Below are positions 18,013 through 25,482 of a stretch of DNA of 64,000 bases, piece after piece. The notes beneath the pieces are model-generated. The model searched no databases. It was given only the letters and a program-made list of their open reading frames with translations, and had not been told where the DNA came from. The translations under genes and the position numbers were made by a program. Source of the stretch: a virus (taxonomy: Duplodnaviria > Heunggongvirae > Uroviricota > Caudoviricetes); the IMG/VR virus record IMGVR_UViG_3300006052_000001, one strand, 5' to 3'. How positions within the stretch are numbered: position 1 is the first letter of the stretch; the number at the start of each line of letters is the position of its first letter.

Positions 18013-18083
18013 GCCCCATAAGCATTAAGGTGATGCAGAAGACTTTTAATCTTCGGAAGAGCGGTCGGTACGTTCATGGGGTA
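18013..18083 (+). tRNA. tRNA-Lys (TTT) with non-canonical T-loop
   Basis: acceptor GCCCCAT/ATGGGGT, D GCAT/ATGC, arm GAAGA-CTTTTAA-TCTTC; T-loop GTCGGTA. Confidence 0.55.
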
Positions 18084-18094
18084 CGCACGGACTT

Positions 18095-18167
18095 GGGCCG
18101 GTAATTCAGCGGTGAGAAATTCCGTCTTATAAGCGGGAAGTCCTAGGTTCAACTCCTAGTCGGCCTA
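18095..18167 (+). tRNA. tRNA-Ile (TAT)
   Basis: 73-nt canonical cloverleaf; loop CTTATAA; T-arm CTAGG-TTCAACT-CCTAG. Confidence 0.6.
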
Positions 18168-18185
18168 CTTAGCCTTGGAGGGTTA

Positions 18186-18557
18186 ATGAATAGCTGGTAT
18201 CATGCAAAATCTGCCGCCCATAAGTGGGGAGGCAAACCAGAAGATTACATAGAAATAGAAGAGTTCATAGACTCTTCTAAAAAGGTAATAGGCGATTCCC
18301 GCCACAGATCAATGTATCATCACACTTTAGGTGTGTGGCTGTGCCAGGAAATTTTCGGCAGGACAATTCAGGTGGCTGAACATAAGGTAGTTCCTGTTCG
18401 CCTGATAGCTGAGCAGCATATCATAGAAGACCTTGGATGGCTGCCATCTCCTGCTGATTACATAAACAACATGAACTTGGTGCCGTGGATGAGCGGCGCT
18501 CAGAAAAAGACTTACTCACTCGATGAAATTTTAGATGCAGGAGGACTCATTGGATAA
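18186..18557 (+). CDS. hypothetical protein
   Basis: 123-aa ORF, GGAGGG RBS. Confidence 0.5.
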   Translation: MNSWYHAKSAAHKWGGKPEDYIEIEEFIDSSKKVIGDSRHRSMYHHTLGVWLCQEIFGRTIQVAEHKVVPVRLIAEQHIIEDLGWLPSPADYINNMNLVPWMSGAQKKTYSLDEILDAGGLIG

Positions 18558-19122
18558 TGAAGACGGCGTTCTAGGTCTGCCGGTTAAAGGCAGTATAAGC
18601 CACTATGGAACTAAAGTTGAGCAGCTACCTACTGAGCAATTGCTAGAAGCAATTAAGGCTTTGCTTGAAGACGACAAGATAGGCACTTTCGGATGGGTTC
18701 AGCAAACTCCGTATTTTAATGACGGTGACGCTTGTGAGTTTGGTGTTAAGATGGTATGGGTTCGCCCTGCTGTTTCTGACAGTGACAGAAGAACACTTTC
18801 TGTTTCGCCTAATATGCTCAAACCCGGTGACATTATTGAAGCTACTTCGGATGAGGATGAATACGAATTCCTGACAGTATCTCGTCGTATAGAAGATATT
18901 GAAGAGCTAGACGAATACTACGAAGACAGTGACGACTACAAGTACGAAGTAAGAACGTATGCTTACGGTGCTGAGTCAAAGTCACCCGAGCATCATTTAG
19001 CTCTAGCTAAAATGCTAGAGAGTGGTCATTACGATATCTGGCTGGAAAATACTTTTGGTGACCCTGCTAGAGTAGTTTTCCATAAGGACCACATTGAGAT
19101 CGAGTTCTACGATCACGACTGA
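18535..19122 (+). CDS. acidic hypothetical protein
   Basis: 195-aa ORF overlapping previous 3' end. Confidence 0.5.
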   Translation: MQEDSLDNEDGVLGLPVKGSISHYGTKVEQLPTEQLLEAIKALLEDDKIGTFGWVQQTPYFNDGDACEFGVKMVWVRPAVSDSDRRTLSVSPNMLKPGDIIEATSDEDEYEFLTVSRRIEDIEELDEYYEDSDDYKYEVRTYAYGAESKSPEHHLALAKMLESGHYDIWLENTFGDPARVVFHKDHIEIEFYDHD

Positions 19123-19170
19123 TATGTTATACTAGTACCAGAGAAGCCGACTCTTATAAAATCGGCGCAT

Positions 19171-19242
19171 GGGCTGTTGGCATGAAGGGGAAGCACTTGC
19201 TTTGCACGCAAGCACATAAGGGTTCGAATCCCTTACGGTCCA
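19171..19242 (+). tRNA. tRNA-Ala (TGC)
   Basis: arm CTTGC-TTTGCAC-GCAAG, T-loop GGTTCGAATCC, acceptor GGGCTGT/ACGGTCC with two GU pairs. Confidence 0.65.
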
Positions 19243-19426
19243 CGATCAGCTAGAGTAATAGACTGGTAATCTATGAGGGTACTGATAGAATGACGGAATC
19301 TATTTTCAGTCGTATTGGACCGTCCGCGATTAGAAATGGCTGAAAGAATATTTCTCCGGAAAAGTAGACGAGTAGGGGCTGTTTACCAACAGTCTATTTT
19401 CTGAAAGCGAAATAACGACGAAATAT

Positions 19427-19501
19427 CTGGGTATCGCCTAGTTTGGTATGGCACCTGATTTGGGGTCAGGAATAGCGCAGGTTCAAATCCTGCTACTCAG
19501 A
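19427..19501 (+). tRNA. tRNA-Pro (TGG)
   Basis: acceptor CTGGGTA/TACTCAG, arm CCTGA-TTTGGGG-TCAGG (G37), long D-loop. Confidence 0.65.
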
Positions 19502-19505
19502 CGGT

Positions 19506-19543
19506 GGAGGGGTGGTCTAGACCACCCCTCCAAACCCATTTTA
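19506..19543 (+). terminator. 12-bp perfect hairpin, terminator-like
   Basis: GGAGGGGTGGTC-TA-GACCACCCCTCC then AAACCCATTTT. Confidence 0.5.
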
Positions 19544-19595
19544 GGAGGAAAGTGTGTGGTAGAATGTAAGTGGAATATTCCGATTCGAAAGGACC

Positions 19596-19976
19596 ATGAA
19601 AATGGCACTTACAGTTAAGACTCTATCGAACTACCCTCAGTTTGGTAACGCTCTTGGCCTGACAAACGTGGACGCATCTGCATTCACGTTCACTAATGGT
19701 GTTTCTACTACATACACAGGTTATGTAGCAGGATACCTTGATGGTGAAGGTCGCGCTAAGCTATTCTACACTGATGGTCAGTCAGTTGCCCTTCCTTCTA
19801 TGGTTAAGGCTACTCAGGTATCTCAGGTAGACGCAGCAGGTAACACAAAGACTGGTGGATACTACATCACTCTTGGTTCATGGGCATCTGCTTCTCCTGA
19901 CTCAGCATCAGCTAACTCAGAGATTTACCTAGACCAGATGGGCATGATCATCGCCGCTTCCACAGCATATGGGTGA
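19596..19976 (+). CDS. Thr/Gly-rich small protein with hydrophobic C-terminus (paralog of 21063..21686)
   Basis: 126 aa; similar N-terminus and C-terminal ...AASTAYG tail to the 21063 ORF. Confidence 0.5.
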   Translation: MKMALTVKTLSNYPQFGNALGLTNVDASAFTFTNGVSTTYTGYVAGYLDGEGRAKLFYTDGQSVALPSMVKATQVSQVDAAGNTKTGGYYITLGSWASASPDSASANSEIYLDQMGMIIAASTAYG

Positions 19977-19999
19977 TCACAAAAAAGTTTTAAAACGGC

Positions 20000-20029
20000 T
20001 TGACAGACCGCTCCCGGTCTGGTAGGCTG
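20000..20029 (+). promoter_or_regulatory. promoter, TTGACA-N14-TGgTAGGCT
   Basis: conserved family; precedes structured leader and tRNA-Tyr. Confidence 0.55.
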
Positions 20030-20032
20030 TTC

Positions 20033-20110
20033 TACAGAGCGAGGGTCCGTTGCTAAGCGAACGCATGAAACACGGCTACGGACTTAGAAATGTACAAGAC
20101 CCTCGCTCTT
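20033..20110 (+). ncRNA. structured leader / candidate small RNA
   Basis: 12-bp long-range helix AGAGCGAGGGTC...GACCCTCGCTCT enclosing about 50 nt; contains GGGTCCG. Confidence 0.3.
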
Positions 20111-20114
20111 CCAA

Positions 20115-20195
20115 TGCGGTTTACTCAAGCGGCCAACGAGATTTGACTGTAAATCAAATGCGAAAGCTACGGGGGTTCGAATCCCTCAACCGCAA
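20115..20195 (+). tRNA. tRNA-Tyr (GTA)
   Basis: acceptor TGCGGTT/AACCGCA, loop CTGTAAA, long variable arm. Confidence 0.8.
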
Positions 20196-20470
20196 CGTTA
20201 ATCAGACAACTGAGGCTGGCTGATTAAAACGGGACACGTTGACAGCGTGAACTTATACATACCGGATAGATAGCCCGTATACAGGCCGGTACTGCTTTCC
20301 GTAACTTACTGTCAATAAGTTGCAGATAAGTCTTAGCCTAGGCGGAAAACGGCTTTGACAATAACCGCTCTTTCCCTTGTGGTCAGAGTCTAAATATTTT
20401 TTCTCTGGTGGTAGTCAGGCAACATATAGGGTCTGACAAGTGTACAAGGGTGGCTAGGTACACAACTTTT

Positions 20471-20553
20471 GCCCCGTTGGCGAAACGGCAGACGCGCTGG
20501 TCTTAGGAACCAGTTCCAGTTATGGAGTGAGGGTTCAAATCCCTTGCGGGGTA
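20471..20553 (+). tRNA. tRNA-Leu (TAG)
   Basis: class II; arm CTGGT-CTTAGGA-ACCAG, long variable arm, T-loop GGTTCAAATCC. Confidence 0.7.
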
Positions 20554-20566
20554 CGTATTAAAACTT

Positions 20567-20638
20567 GGGTTGTTAGCTCAGTTGGTAGAGCGCTGGTCTG
20601 AAGAACCAGGCGGATAGGTTCGATCCCTATACTTCCCA
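20567..20638 (+). tRNA. tRNA-Phe (GAA)
   Basis: D GCTC/GAGC, arm CTGGT-CTGAAGA-ACCAG; acceptor has two U-U mismatches. Confidence 0.65.
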
Positions 20639-20643
20639 CTTAT

Positions 20644-20716
20644 GGCGTCTTAGTCCAACGGCAGAGACAATACACTCAAAACGTATCAAGTTTGGGTTCA
20701 AATCCCAAAGACGCTA
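20644..20716 (+). tRNA. class-I tRNA with anticodon CAA (atypical)
   Basis: 72-nt cloverleaf, 5-nt variable loop, loop CTCAAAA, A73. Confidence 0.55.
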
Positions 20717-20739
20717 CTTTAATAGGCTGATTTAGATAA

Positions 20740-20812
20740 GGCTCTGTATCCCAATGGCAGAGGAAGAGAACTTAAAATTCTTTCAGTAAGGGTTCGACTC
20801 CCTTCAGAGCTA
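20740..20812 (+). tRNA. class-I tRNA with anticodon TAA (atypical)
   Basis: 73-nt cloverleaf, short variable loop TCAGT, loop CTTAAAA, A73. Confidence 0.55.
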
Positions 20813-20833
20813 CGCCAATTTTAGGAGGTTAAA

Positions 20834-21022
20834 ATGGAAATTGAGAAAGCAGAAGTCACTTTTATGACAGCGAATGAGCTAAGAAAACTCGCTGACGCTT
20901 TAGATGATTTTCCGCTTTATCAAGGAGGCGTCTATTACAATGGTGAAAAGGGTCGTGTCTGTGTCATTACAGATAACACAGTAGCTCTAGTCTCTAATTT
21001 TGCAAGACCCTCTTCGCAGTAG
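20834..21022 (+). CDS. small hypothetical protein (62 aa)
   Basis: TAGGAGGTTAAAATG. Confidence 0.45.
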   Translation: MEIEKAEVTFMTANELRKLADALDDFPLYQGGVYYNGEKGRVCVITDNTVALVSNFARPSSQ

Positions 21023-21062
21023 GGTACAATAGAGTCAGAATATTTCCGAGAAAGGTCTTATT

Positions 21063-21686
21063 ATGGCTCTATCTATCGCAACTTTGTCGGGCTTCCCAGT
21101 AGCTAATACTACTTTTGCCTCAACAAAGGTTCCATCTTTTTACCCAACTGGTGTCGCCGTAACTGGTACTAACAGCCCTTCGCCAACAGTGGCAGCAACT
21201 TACTCATACTCGCTTAGCTCAACTTTCCCGTACAACGGAAAGTATGTTTACACAGCGGGTGCTAACGTATGGGTTGCTGGTATTATTGACTCTCAGGGTG
21301 TTGTACCTTCACGTATCTTCTATGCGAACAATGGTTCGGGATACTACACAAGTACTCAGCCACTACCAACACTTCTGAATGTAATTCAGAACCAGTACAC
21401 AGACCCTTACGGATTAACTGAGTACGGTGGCTACGTTGTTACTCTAACTCCTGCTGAGCCTGGTCAGGATGCTGGTTCACCTTCATCAACAGGTAACCTT
21501 AACCAGTTCGGTCTGACAAACGCAACTTCTCAGTTCCCTAACGAGCCTATTCTTGTACCAGCACAGGGTTATCCTTCTGGTGTAGGAACAGGACCAAGCC
21601 CAACATCAGGATACCCACAGCCTTACATGACATTCTATGTGTCAATGGCAGCTATGCTAATCCTGGCTTCTACACAGTACGGGTGA
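21063..21686 (+). CDS. Thr/Ser/Gly/Pro-rich protein with hydrophobic C-terminus (paralog of 19596..19976)
   Basis: 207 aa; ends MAAMLILASTQYG. Confidence 0.5.
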   Translation: MALSIATLSGFPVANTTFASTKVPSFYPTGVAVTGTNSPSPTVAATYSYSLSSTFPYNGKYVYTAGANVWVAGIIDSQGVVPSRIFYANNGSGYYTSTQPLPTLLNVIQNQYTDPYGLTEYGGYVVTLTPAEPGQDAGSPSSTGNLNQFGLTNATSQFPNEPILVPAQGYPSGVGTGPSPTSGYPQPYMTFYVSMAAMLILASTQYG

Positions 21687-21875
21687 TCTGAATGGCTATT
21701 GTTTACAATCAGGTAAGCGTGGATGACACAGCTATTGGTGCCTATGCCCTAAACTGGTCACAGACTGCATGGACAGTGCAGACACTAGTTTCTGCGGCTC
21801 AGGTAACTGCTACTGGCGGAACATACGCTTAATAAATGTGCCCTAGAACCGAGGCCAGAACATATCGGTTCACAT

Positions 21876-21947
21876 GTGATCGTAGCTCAACGGTAGAGCA
21901 CTACGTTGCCAACGTAGCGGTTACGGGTTCAAATCCCGTTGGTCACT
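21876..21947 (+). tRNA. tRNA-Gly (GCC)
   Basis: acceptor GTGATCG/TGGTCAC, D GCTC/GAGC, arm CTACG-TTGCCAA-CGTAG. Confidence 0.8.
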
Positions 21948-21971
21948 CGCAATTTTTAAAGGAGGAATAAA

Positions 21972-22967
21972 TTGACACCTAACTATATTAACCATATCGT
22001 TTTAGTGTTAGATGCGTCATCTAGCATGACCAATCATGCTAAGAAACTAATCGAAGTGGCAGACAGTCACGTAGCTTACTTAGCCCAGAGGTCAAAAGAT
22101 TTAGACCAGGAAACACGTATCACCGTCTACTCGTTTAGCGATAGGAACAGTGCCCGTTGTCTTGTCTATGACAAAGACGTTCTGCGTATGCCAAGTATTG
22201 CTAATCTGTATAAGACCAATGGAATGACGGCTCTGGTAGATGCTACCATCCTGGCTATTGAAGACCTTCACCTAACCCCTCAGAAGTACGGCGAACACGC
22301 TTTTCTTATCTACGTGCTAACTGACGGTCAGGAGAATGACTCTCACGCCAGACCAGATGTTCTTAAGAACAAGATTGCTGCTCTTCCTAATCACTGGACT
22401 CTTGCGGCTTTCGTTCCTAACCAGCACGGTATCTTTGAAGCTAAGAAATTTGGTTTTCCGCCGAACAACATTGCTATCTGGGATACTACTTCTGTAGCTG
22501 GAATGGTTGAAGTTGGCAACACAATCAAGAAGTCAACTGAGCAGTTCATGGTTAACAGGACCAAGGGTATCCGAGGCACCACTAACCTATTCCAGCTTAA
22601 CGTTCTGTCCCCAGATGTCATTGAAGCGTCTTTGCCAAGTATTCCGCCAAGTGAGTTCCGTATGATTCCTGTTCGTCAGGAAGGAAGAATTGACGACACA
22701 GTACTGAATGAGCTAGGCATACCCTACGCTGTAGGAAAAGCGTTCTATCAGCTAACAAAGACTGAGACTATTCAGCCCCAGAAGGAAATTGCTCTTCTGG
22801 CAAATGGCAGAGTCCACGTTGGCAGCAACGCTCGTAAACTTCTAGGACTTCCAGATGACCATGTTAAGGTCAAGCCTGGTGACCATCCTGGTTACACTAT
22901 CTTCGTGCAAAGCACAAGTGTTAACAGGAAGCTACTAGCAGGAACAAACTTGCTAGTATTTAAGTAG
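21972..22967 (+). CDS. von Willebrand factor A (vWA) domain protein
   Basis: AAAGGAGG RBS, TTG start; N-terminal MIDAS motif LVLDASSSM with TDGQEND. Confidence 0.6.
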   Translation: MTPNYINHIVLVLDASSSMTNHAKKLIEVADSHVAYLAQRSKDLDQETRITVYSFSDRNSARCLVYDKDVLRMPSIANLYKTNGMTALVDATILAIEDLHLTPQKYGEHAFLIYVLTDGQENDSHARPDVLKNKIAALPNHWTLAAFVPNQHGIFEAKKFGFPPNNIAIWDTTSVAGMVEVGNTIKKSTEQFMVNRTKGIRGTTNLFQLNVLSPDVIEASLPSIPPSEFRMIPVRQEGRIDDTVLNELGIPYAVGKAFYQLTKTETIQPQKEIALLANGRVHVGSNARKLLGLPDDHVKVKPGDHPGYTIFVQSTSVNRKLLAGTNLLVFK

Positions 22968-22993
22968 GAGTTATATTGAACATTAGATCAAAG

Positions 22994-23614
22994 ATGGCTG
23001 TTGCTCTTGTAGCAGCAGTTAGTATCATCAGTCCAGTTGTGGCTACCACCACCGCATATGCTTCTCCTGTAGCAGTGTCAGCACCGCTAATTAGCGGTCA
23101 GCAAGTTTGCTCAGACACTGGTGCAGGTCTATGTATACAAGGTGCTGCCGGTGACGGTGATGGAGTATTAAATAACAACAGCCAGCCGAGTTCCGATATC
23201 CAAAGATGGAAAGTTGTTTTCGCCACTAGTTCTTGCAACAGCGGCGATGTATCCTACCCCGGTGATCAGTATGGTGGCACTACTTGGTGCCCATTTACAA
23301 ATCACTCTTATGACACTCAGTACGATGGGTACGCTATTACTCACTTTACTGAGCAGTACGATTCTAATTATTGTATAGGTGCAAAGACTTTCGGGCCACC
23401 AATTGCTGACACTTTGCCAACAGTGGTAAATTGCGGTGGAGGTACGGGAGTTAACTTCGTGCAGACTGGCACATACACATACACAAATGTATACCTGTCG
23501 AATACCGCAGGTATCCCCGGAAAATACGATCTTTGCTCAGACGGATTTTCCGGTGATAACATGGTATTCGAAACTTACCAGGCTGTCTATTGTCAGCTAG
23601 CCTGGGTCGGTTAA
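22994..23614 (+). CDS. secreted Cys-rich protein with ricin-type (QxW) lectin-like motifs
   Basis: ATG within ORF 22976..23614; predicted signal peptide; many paired Cys; QRWKV motif. Confidence 0.5.
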   Translation: MAVALVAAVSIISPVVATTTAYASPVAVSAPLISGQQVCSDTGAGLCIQGAAGDGDGVLNNNSQPSSDIQRWKVVFATSSCNSGDVSYPGDQYGGTTWCPFTNHSYDTQYDGYAITHFTEQYDSNYCIGAKTFGPPIADTLPTVVNCGGGTGVNFVQTGTYTYTNVYLSNTAGIPGKYDLCSDGFSGDNMVFETYQAVYCQLAWVG

Positions 23615-23623
23615 AGAAAATTT

Positions 23624-23663
23624 CCACAAGGGCTTGACAGACCGGCCCGAGTGTGGTACAGTA
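23624..23663 (+). promoter_or_regulatory. promoter, TTGACA-N14-TGgTACAGT
   Basis: conserved family. Confidence 0.55.
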
Positions 23664-23734
23664 GTAACTGTGAGCGGGGAGGGTTCGTTCTTTCCATGCT
23701 AGGTTCCTTCAGACCTAAACCGTTCACAGCTTAT

Positions 23735-23812
23735 GCCGCTGTTACTCTGCTGGCAAGGGGTAACCAGATTTTCACTCTGGGTAGGACGAGGGTTCAATTC
23801 CCTTCAGCGGTA
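23735..23812 (+). tRNA. tRNA-Glu (TTC), probable
   Basis: acceptor GCCGCTG/CAGCGGT, arm CCAGA-TTTTCAC-TCTGG, T-arm GAGGG-TTCAATT-CCCTT; D region irregular, 7-nt variable loop. Confidence 0.5.
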
Positions 23813-23900
23813 CGAGTGTTAGATGCGAAGACACAGGGTTACTTCTATCATATGGGATAATCAAAGACACCCTAGTCGCTTTATTCACTAACACATTAGA

Positions 23901-23974
23901 CGCGGGTTAGAGAAGTTCGGTATCTCACCAGCCTCATAAGCTGACATTGCATGGGTTCAAATCCCATACCCGCT
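23901..23974 (+). tRNA. tRNA-Met/Ile2 (CAT)
   Basis: D GAGA/TCTC, loop CTCATAA, T-loop GGTTCAAATCC; 1-72 mismatch. Confidence 0.65.
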
Positions 23975-24052
23975 ACTTAGGTTAGGCCAGGAGTCAAATT
24001 GCCCGACGTAGCTAGTTCGATTCCAGCATCATACTTGGTGTATAGTAGGGTC

Positions 24053-24083
24053 TTGACAGTGTGGTATCCATTAGGATATTATG
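24053..24083 (+). promoter_or_regulatory. sigma70-like promoter TTGACA-N18-TATTAT
   Basis: canonical -35 and -10. Confidence 0.5.
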
Positions 24084-24119
24084 GACGGGACTGTTGAAAT
24101 AAACAGCGAACAGCCTAAC

Positions 24120-24227
24120 CTTTAAGTTTAAAGTTCTAGATGCGGTTATTTGAGTTTCATCAACGCCAGGGACCGACACACTCAAGTATGTGTGTCCTCT
24201 AGAACTATTGTTGGTCGGTCCCACCCT
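24120..24227 (+). ncRNA. structured RNA candidate (interleaved long-range helices)
   Basis: AGTTCTAGA(24132)/TCTAGAACT(24198); GGGACCGACA(24168)/TGGTCGGTCCC(24213); central CACAC...GTGTG hairpin; sits between the promoter and tRNA-Met. Confidence 0.3.
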
Positions 24228-24300
24228 AGTCGGTAAGCCAGAGGCATAAGGCACTAGTCTCATAAGCTAGTATTCATCGGTTCGAATCCGATACTGACGA
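24228..24300 (+). tRNA. tRNA-Met/Ile2 (CAT), second copy
   Basis: arm CTAGT-CTCATAA-GCTAG, T-arm ATCGG-TTCGAAT-CCGAT; 1-72 mismatch. Confidence 0.6.
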
Positions 24301-24445
24301 CTTGGTTTGATGTGAAGAATACGGTTACTTCTAATAAAGGGAACTGGATGTTATAGGTTCGAATCCTATCTGACCGGCTTCATCGGTCAGTAGCTCAATG
24401 GTAGAGCGCTAGTCATATAAAAAGCTCCGTTTTCGATTTTTTCTC
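24301..24445 (+). ncRNA. YrlA-type Y-RNA-like tRNA-mimic, unit 1
   Basis: box TGATGTGAAGAATACGGTTACTTC(24309-31); T-arm ATAGG-TTCGAAT-CCTAT; capped acceptor hairpin CTGACCG-gcttcat-CGGTCAG (24369-91); D-arm TA-GCTC-AATGGTA-GAGC; ends pair GGTTTGA/TCAAACC. Confidence 0.45.
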
Positions 24446-24454
24446 AAACCTATC

Positions 24455-24596
24455 ATCTTGCTAGATGTGATAGAACAAACAGTTACTTCTCATTCAAAGA
24501 GAGAGTTTGCGGTTCGAGTCCGCATGTCGGCTCCACTTGCCGATATAGCTTAATGGTAAAGCGCTAAAAACACTGTAGTTCGCTTTGTACCCTAGC
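24455..24596 (+). ncRNA. YrlA-type Y-RNA-like tRNA-mimic, unit 2
   Basis: box TAGATGTGATAGAA...GTTACTTC; anticodon-like hairpin TTCTC-ATTCAAA-GAGAG (TCA); T-arm TGCGG-TTCGAGT-CCGCA; acceptor hairpin TGTCGGC-tCCActt-GCCGATA; D-arm TA-GCTT-AATGGTA-AAGC; ends pair TTGCTAG/CTAGCAA. Confidence 0.45.
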
Positions 24597-24603
24597 AAAT
24601 AAC

Positions 24604-24721
24604 TTAATATCTGATGCGATAGAATTTGGTTACTTCTAGTGAAAATGGCAAACACAATCAACATCAAATTGATATATCTGGGTTCAAACCCCAGGAAGAT
24701 TAAAACACCAAGTTCGCATTT
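24604..24721 (+). ncRNA. Y-RNA-like repeat unit 3 (no acceptor/D module)
   Basis: box CTGATGCGATAGAATTTGGTTACTTC; T-arm-like CTGGG-TTCAAAC-CCCAG; terminal pairing GATGCGA/TCGCATT. Confidence 0.35.
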
Positions 24722-24737
24722 GTTCTCAGGTATATTT

Positions 24738-24808
24738 GGCACCTTGACCGAGAGGCTAGGTGGCGGTCTGCAAAACCGTATACAGCAGTTCAATTCTGCT
24801 AGGTGCCT
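24738..24808 (+). tRNA. tRNA-Cys (GCA)
   Basis: acceptor GGCACCT/AGGTGCC, arm GCGGT-CTGCAAA-ACCGT, T-arm AGCAG-TTCAATT-CTGCT. Confidence 0.7.
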
Positions 24809-24811
24809 CTT

Positions 24812-24932
24812 TACTAGTTGCGTCTGAGTTCGGTTACTTCAGTTCGAATCTGATATGCCCCTCCAATCATGGGGCATAGCGGTCTGGCCGCTAAACCACC
24901 TGAAAGGGTGTCCCACCCGAAGTCGTTTTATC
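24812..24932 (+). ncRNA. Y-RNA-like repeat unit 4
   Basis: partial box GGTTACTTC; T-arm-like TCAG-TTCGAAT-CTGA; acceptor hairpin ATGCCCC-tCCAatcat-GGGGCAT (24855-77); terminal pairing GAGTTCGG/CCGAAGTC. Confidence 0.35.
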
Positions 24933-24954
24933 CTCTAGTATTAAAATTAAATAG

Positions 24955-25070
24955 CTTTACCAGATGTGAAGACATACAGATACTTCGCTACCAAAATAGG
25001 CGGGCCAGGGTTCGACTCCCGGCCTAATGGGACGGTTCCCTTTCTGTGGTCGATAATGTTCTCTGGTATT
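24955..25070 (+). ncRNA. Y-RNA-like repeat unit 5 (degenerate)
   Basis: box CAGATGTGAAGACATACAGATACTTC; T-arm-like CAGGG-TTCGACT-CCCGG; terminal pairing TACCAGA/TCTGGTA. Confidence 0.3.
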
Positions 25071-25139
25071 TTTACTACCGTCAGAAGCGTAGTTATCGGA
25101 TACTTCATCGCTGGTTAACATACCTGTGCAACAATAGAC

Positions 25140-25167
25140 CGATTACGTCTTTTACTCTGACGGTTTT
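25140..25167 (+). terminator. weak terminator-like hairpin plus T-tract
   Basis: CGTC-ttttactct-GACGG then TTTTTTG; also a long-range CCGTCAGA/TCTGACGG pairing. Confidence 0.35.
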
Positions 25168-25187
25168 TTGTATTCTAGGAGGTAAGA

Positions 25188-25466
25188 ATGAAAACTAGTT
25201 CTGCTTATGTAGATCCTTTCTCTGAAATGGAAAGATGGTTTTACAATCTTCCCTGCCGTTATCTAAGTAATATCTGTCATTGTGGCTCAGGTAAGCCGGT
25301 TCTATATTGGTCACCAGATGACGGAACAGGTTGTGAAGATTGCAGAGGATCGTTGTTTGTTTATATTCCGGCTGCAACGATGTACAACATAATGAATAAA
25401 TTTAACTTCCCTCCCGAACTTCAGAAAGCTGTATATGACCAGCTAGACGGAGATTTGGCAAGATAA
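25188..25466 (+). CDS. Cys-rich small protein (92 aa)
   Basis: TAGGAGGTAAGAATG; CHCGSG...CEDC. Confidence 0.5.
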   Translation: MKTSSAYVDPFSEMERWFYNLPCRYLSNICHCGSGKPVLYWSPDDGTGCEDCRGSLFVYIPAATMYNIMNKFNFPPELQKAVYDQLDGDLAR

Positions 25467-25482
25467 AAAGGAGATGTGAATT

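Noticed and set aside
24487-24503. tRNA-Sec or opal-suppressor tRNA (TCA anticodon hairpin)
   Set aside because: No 5' acceptor strand upstream, no long variable arm, and no 8/5 or 9/4 acceptor/T architecture. The hairpin is part of unit 2 of the tRNA-like array.
24350-24562. Circularly permuted or split tRNA genes (3' half before 5' half with complementary acceptor strands)
   Set aside because: The complementary acceptor strands are only 7-9 nt apart and form a capped hairpin. No anticodon-arm complement exists for the downstream 5' halves. The pattern is better explained by the YrlA-type tRNA-mimic architecture in front of a Ro-like gene. Permuted tRNAs cannot be completely excluded.
24301-25070. 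Repeat array that could be taken for a CRISPR array
   Set aside because: Units are about 150 nt rather than 28-37-nt repeats with unique spacers. The repeats are tRNA-like (T-arms, acceptor hairpins, D-arms) and degenerate, so this is not a CRISPR.
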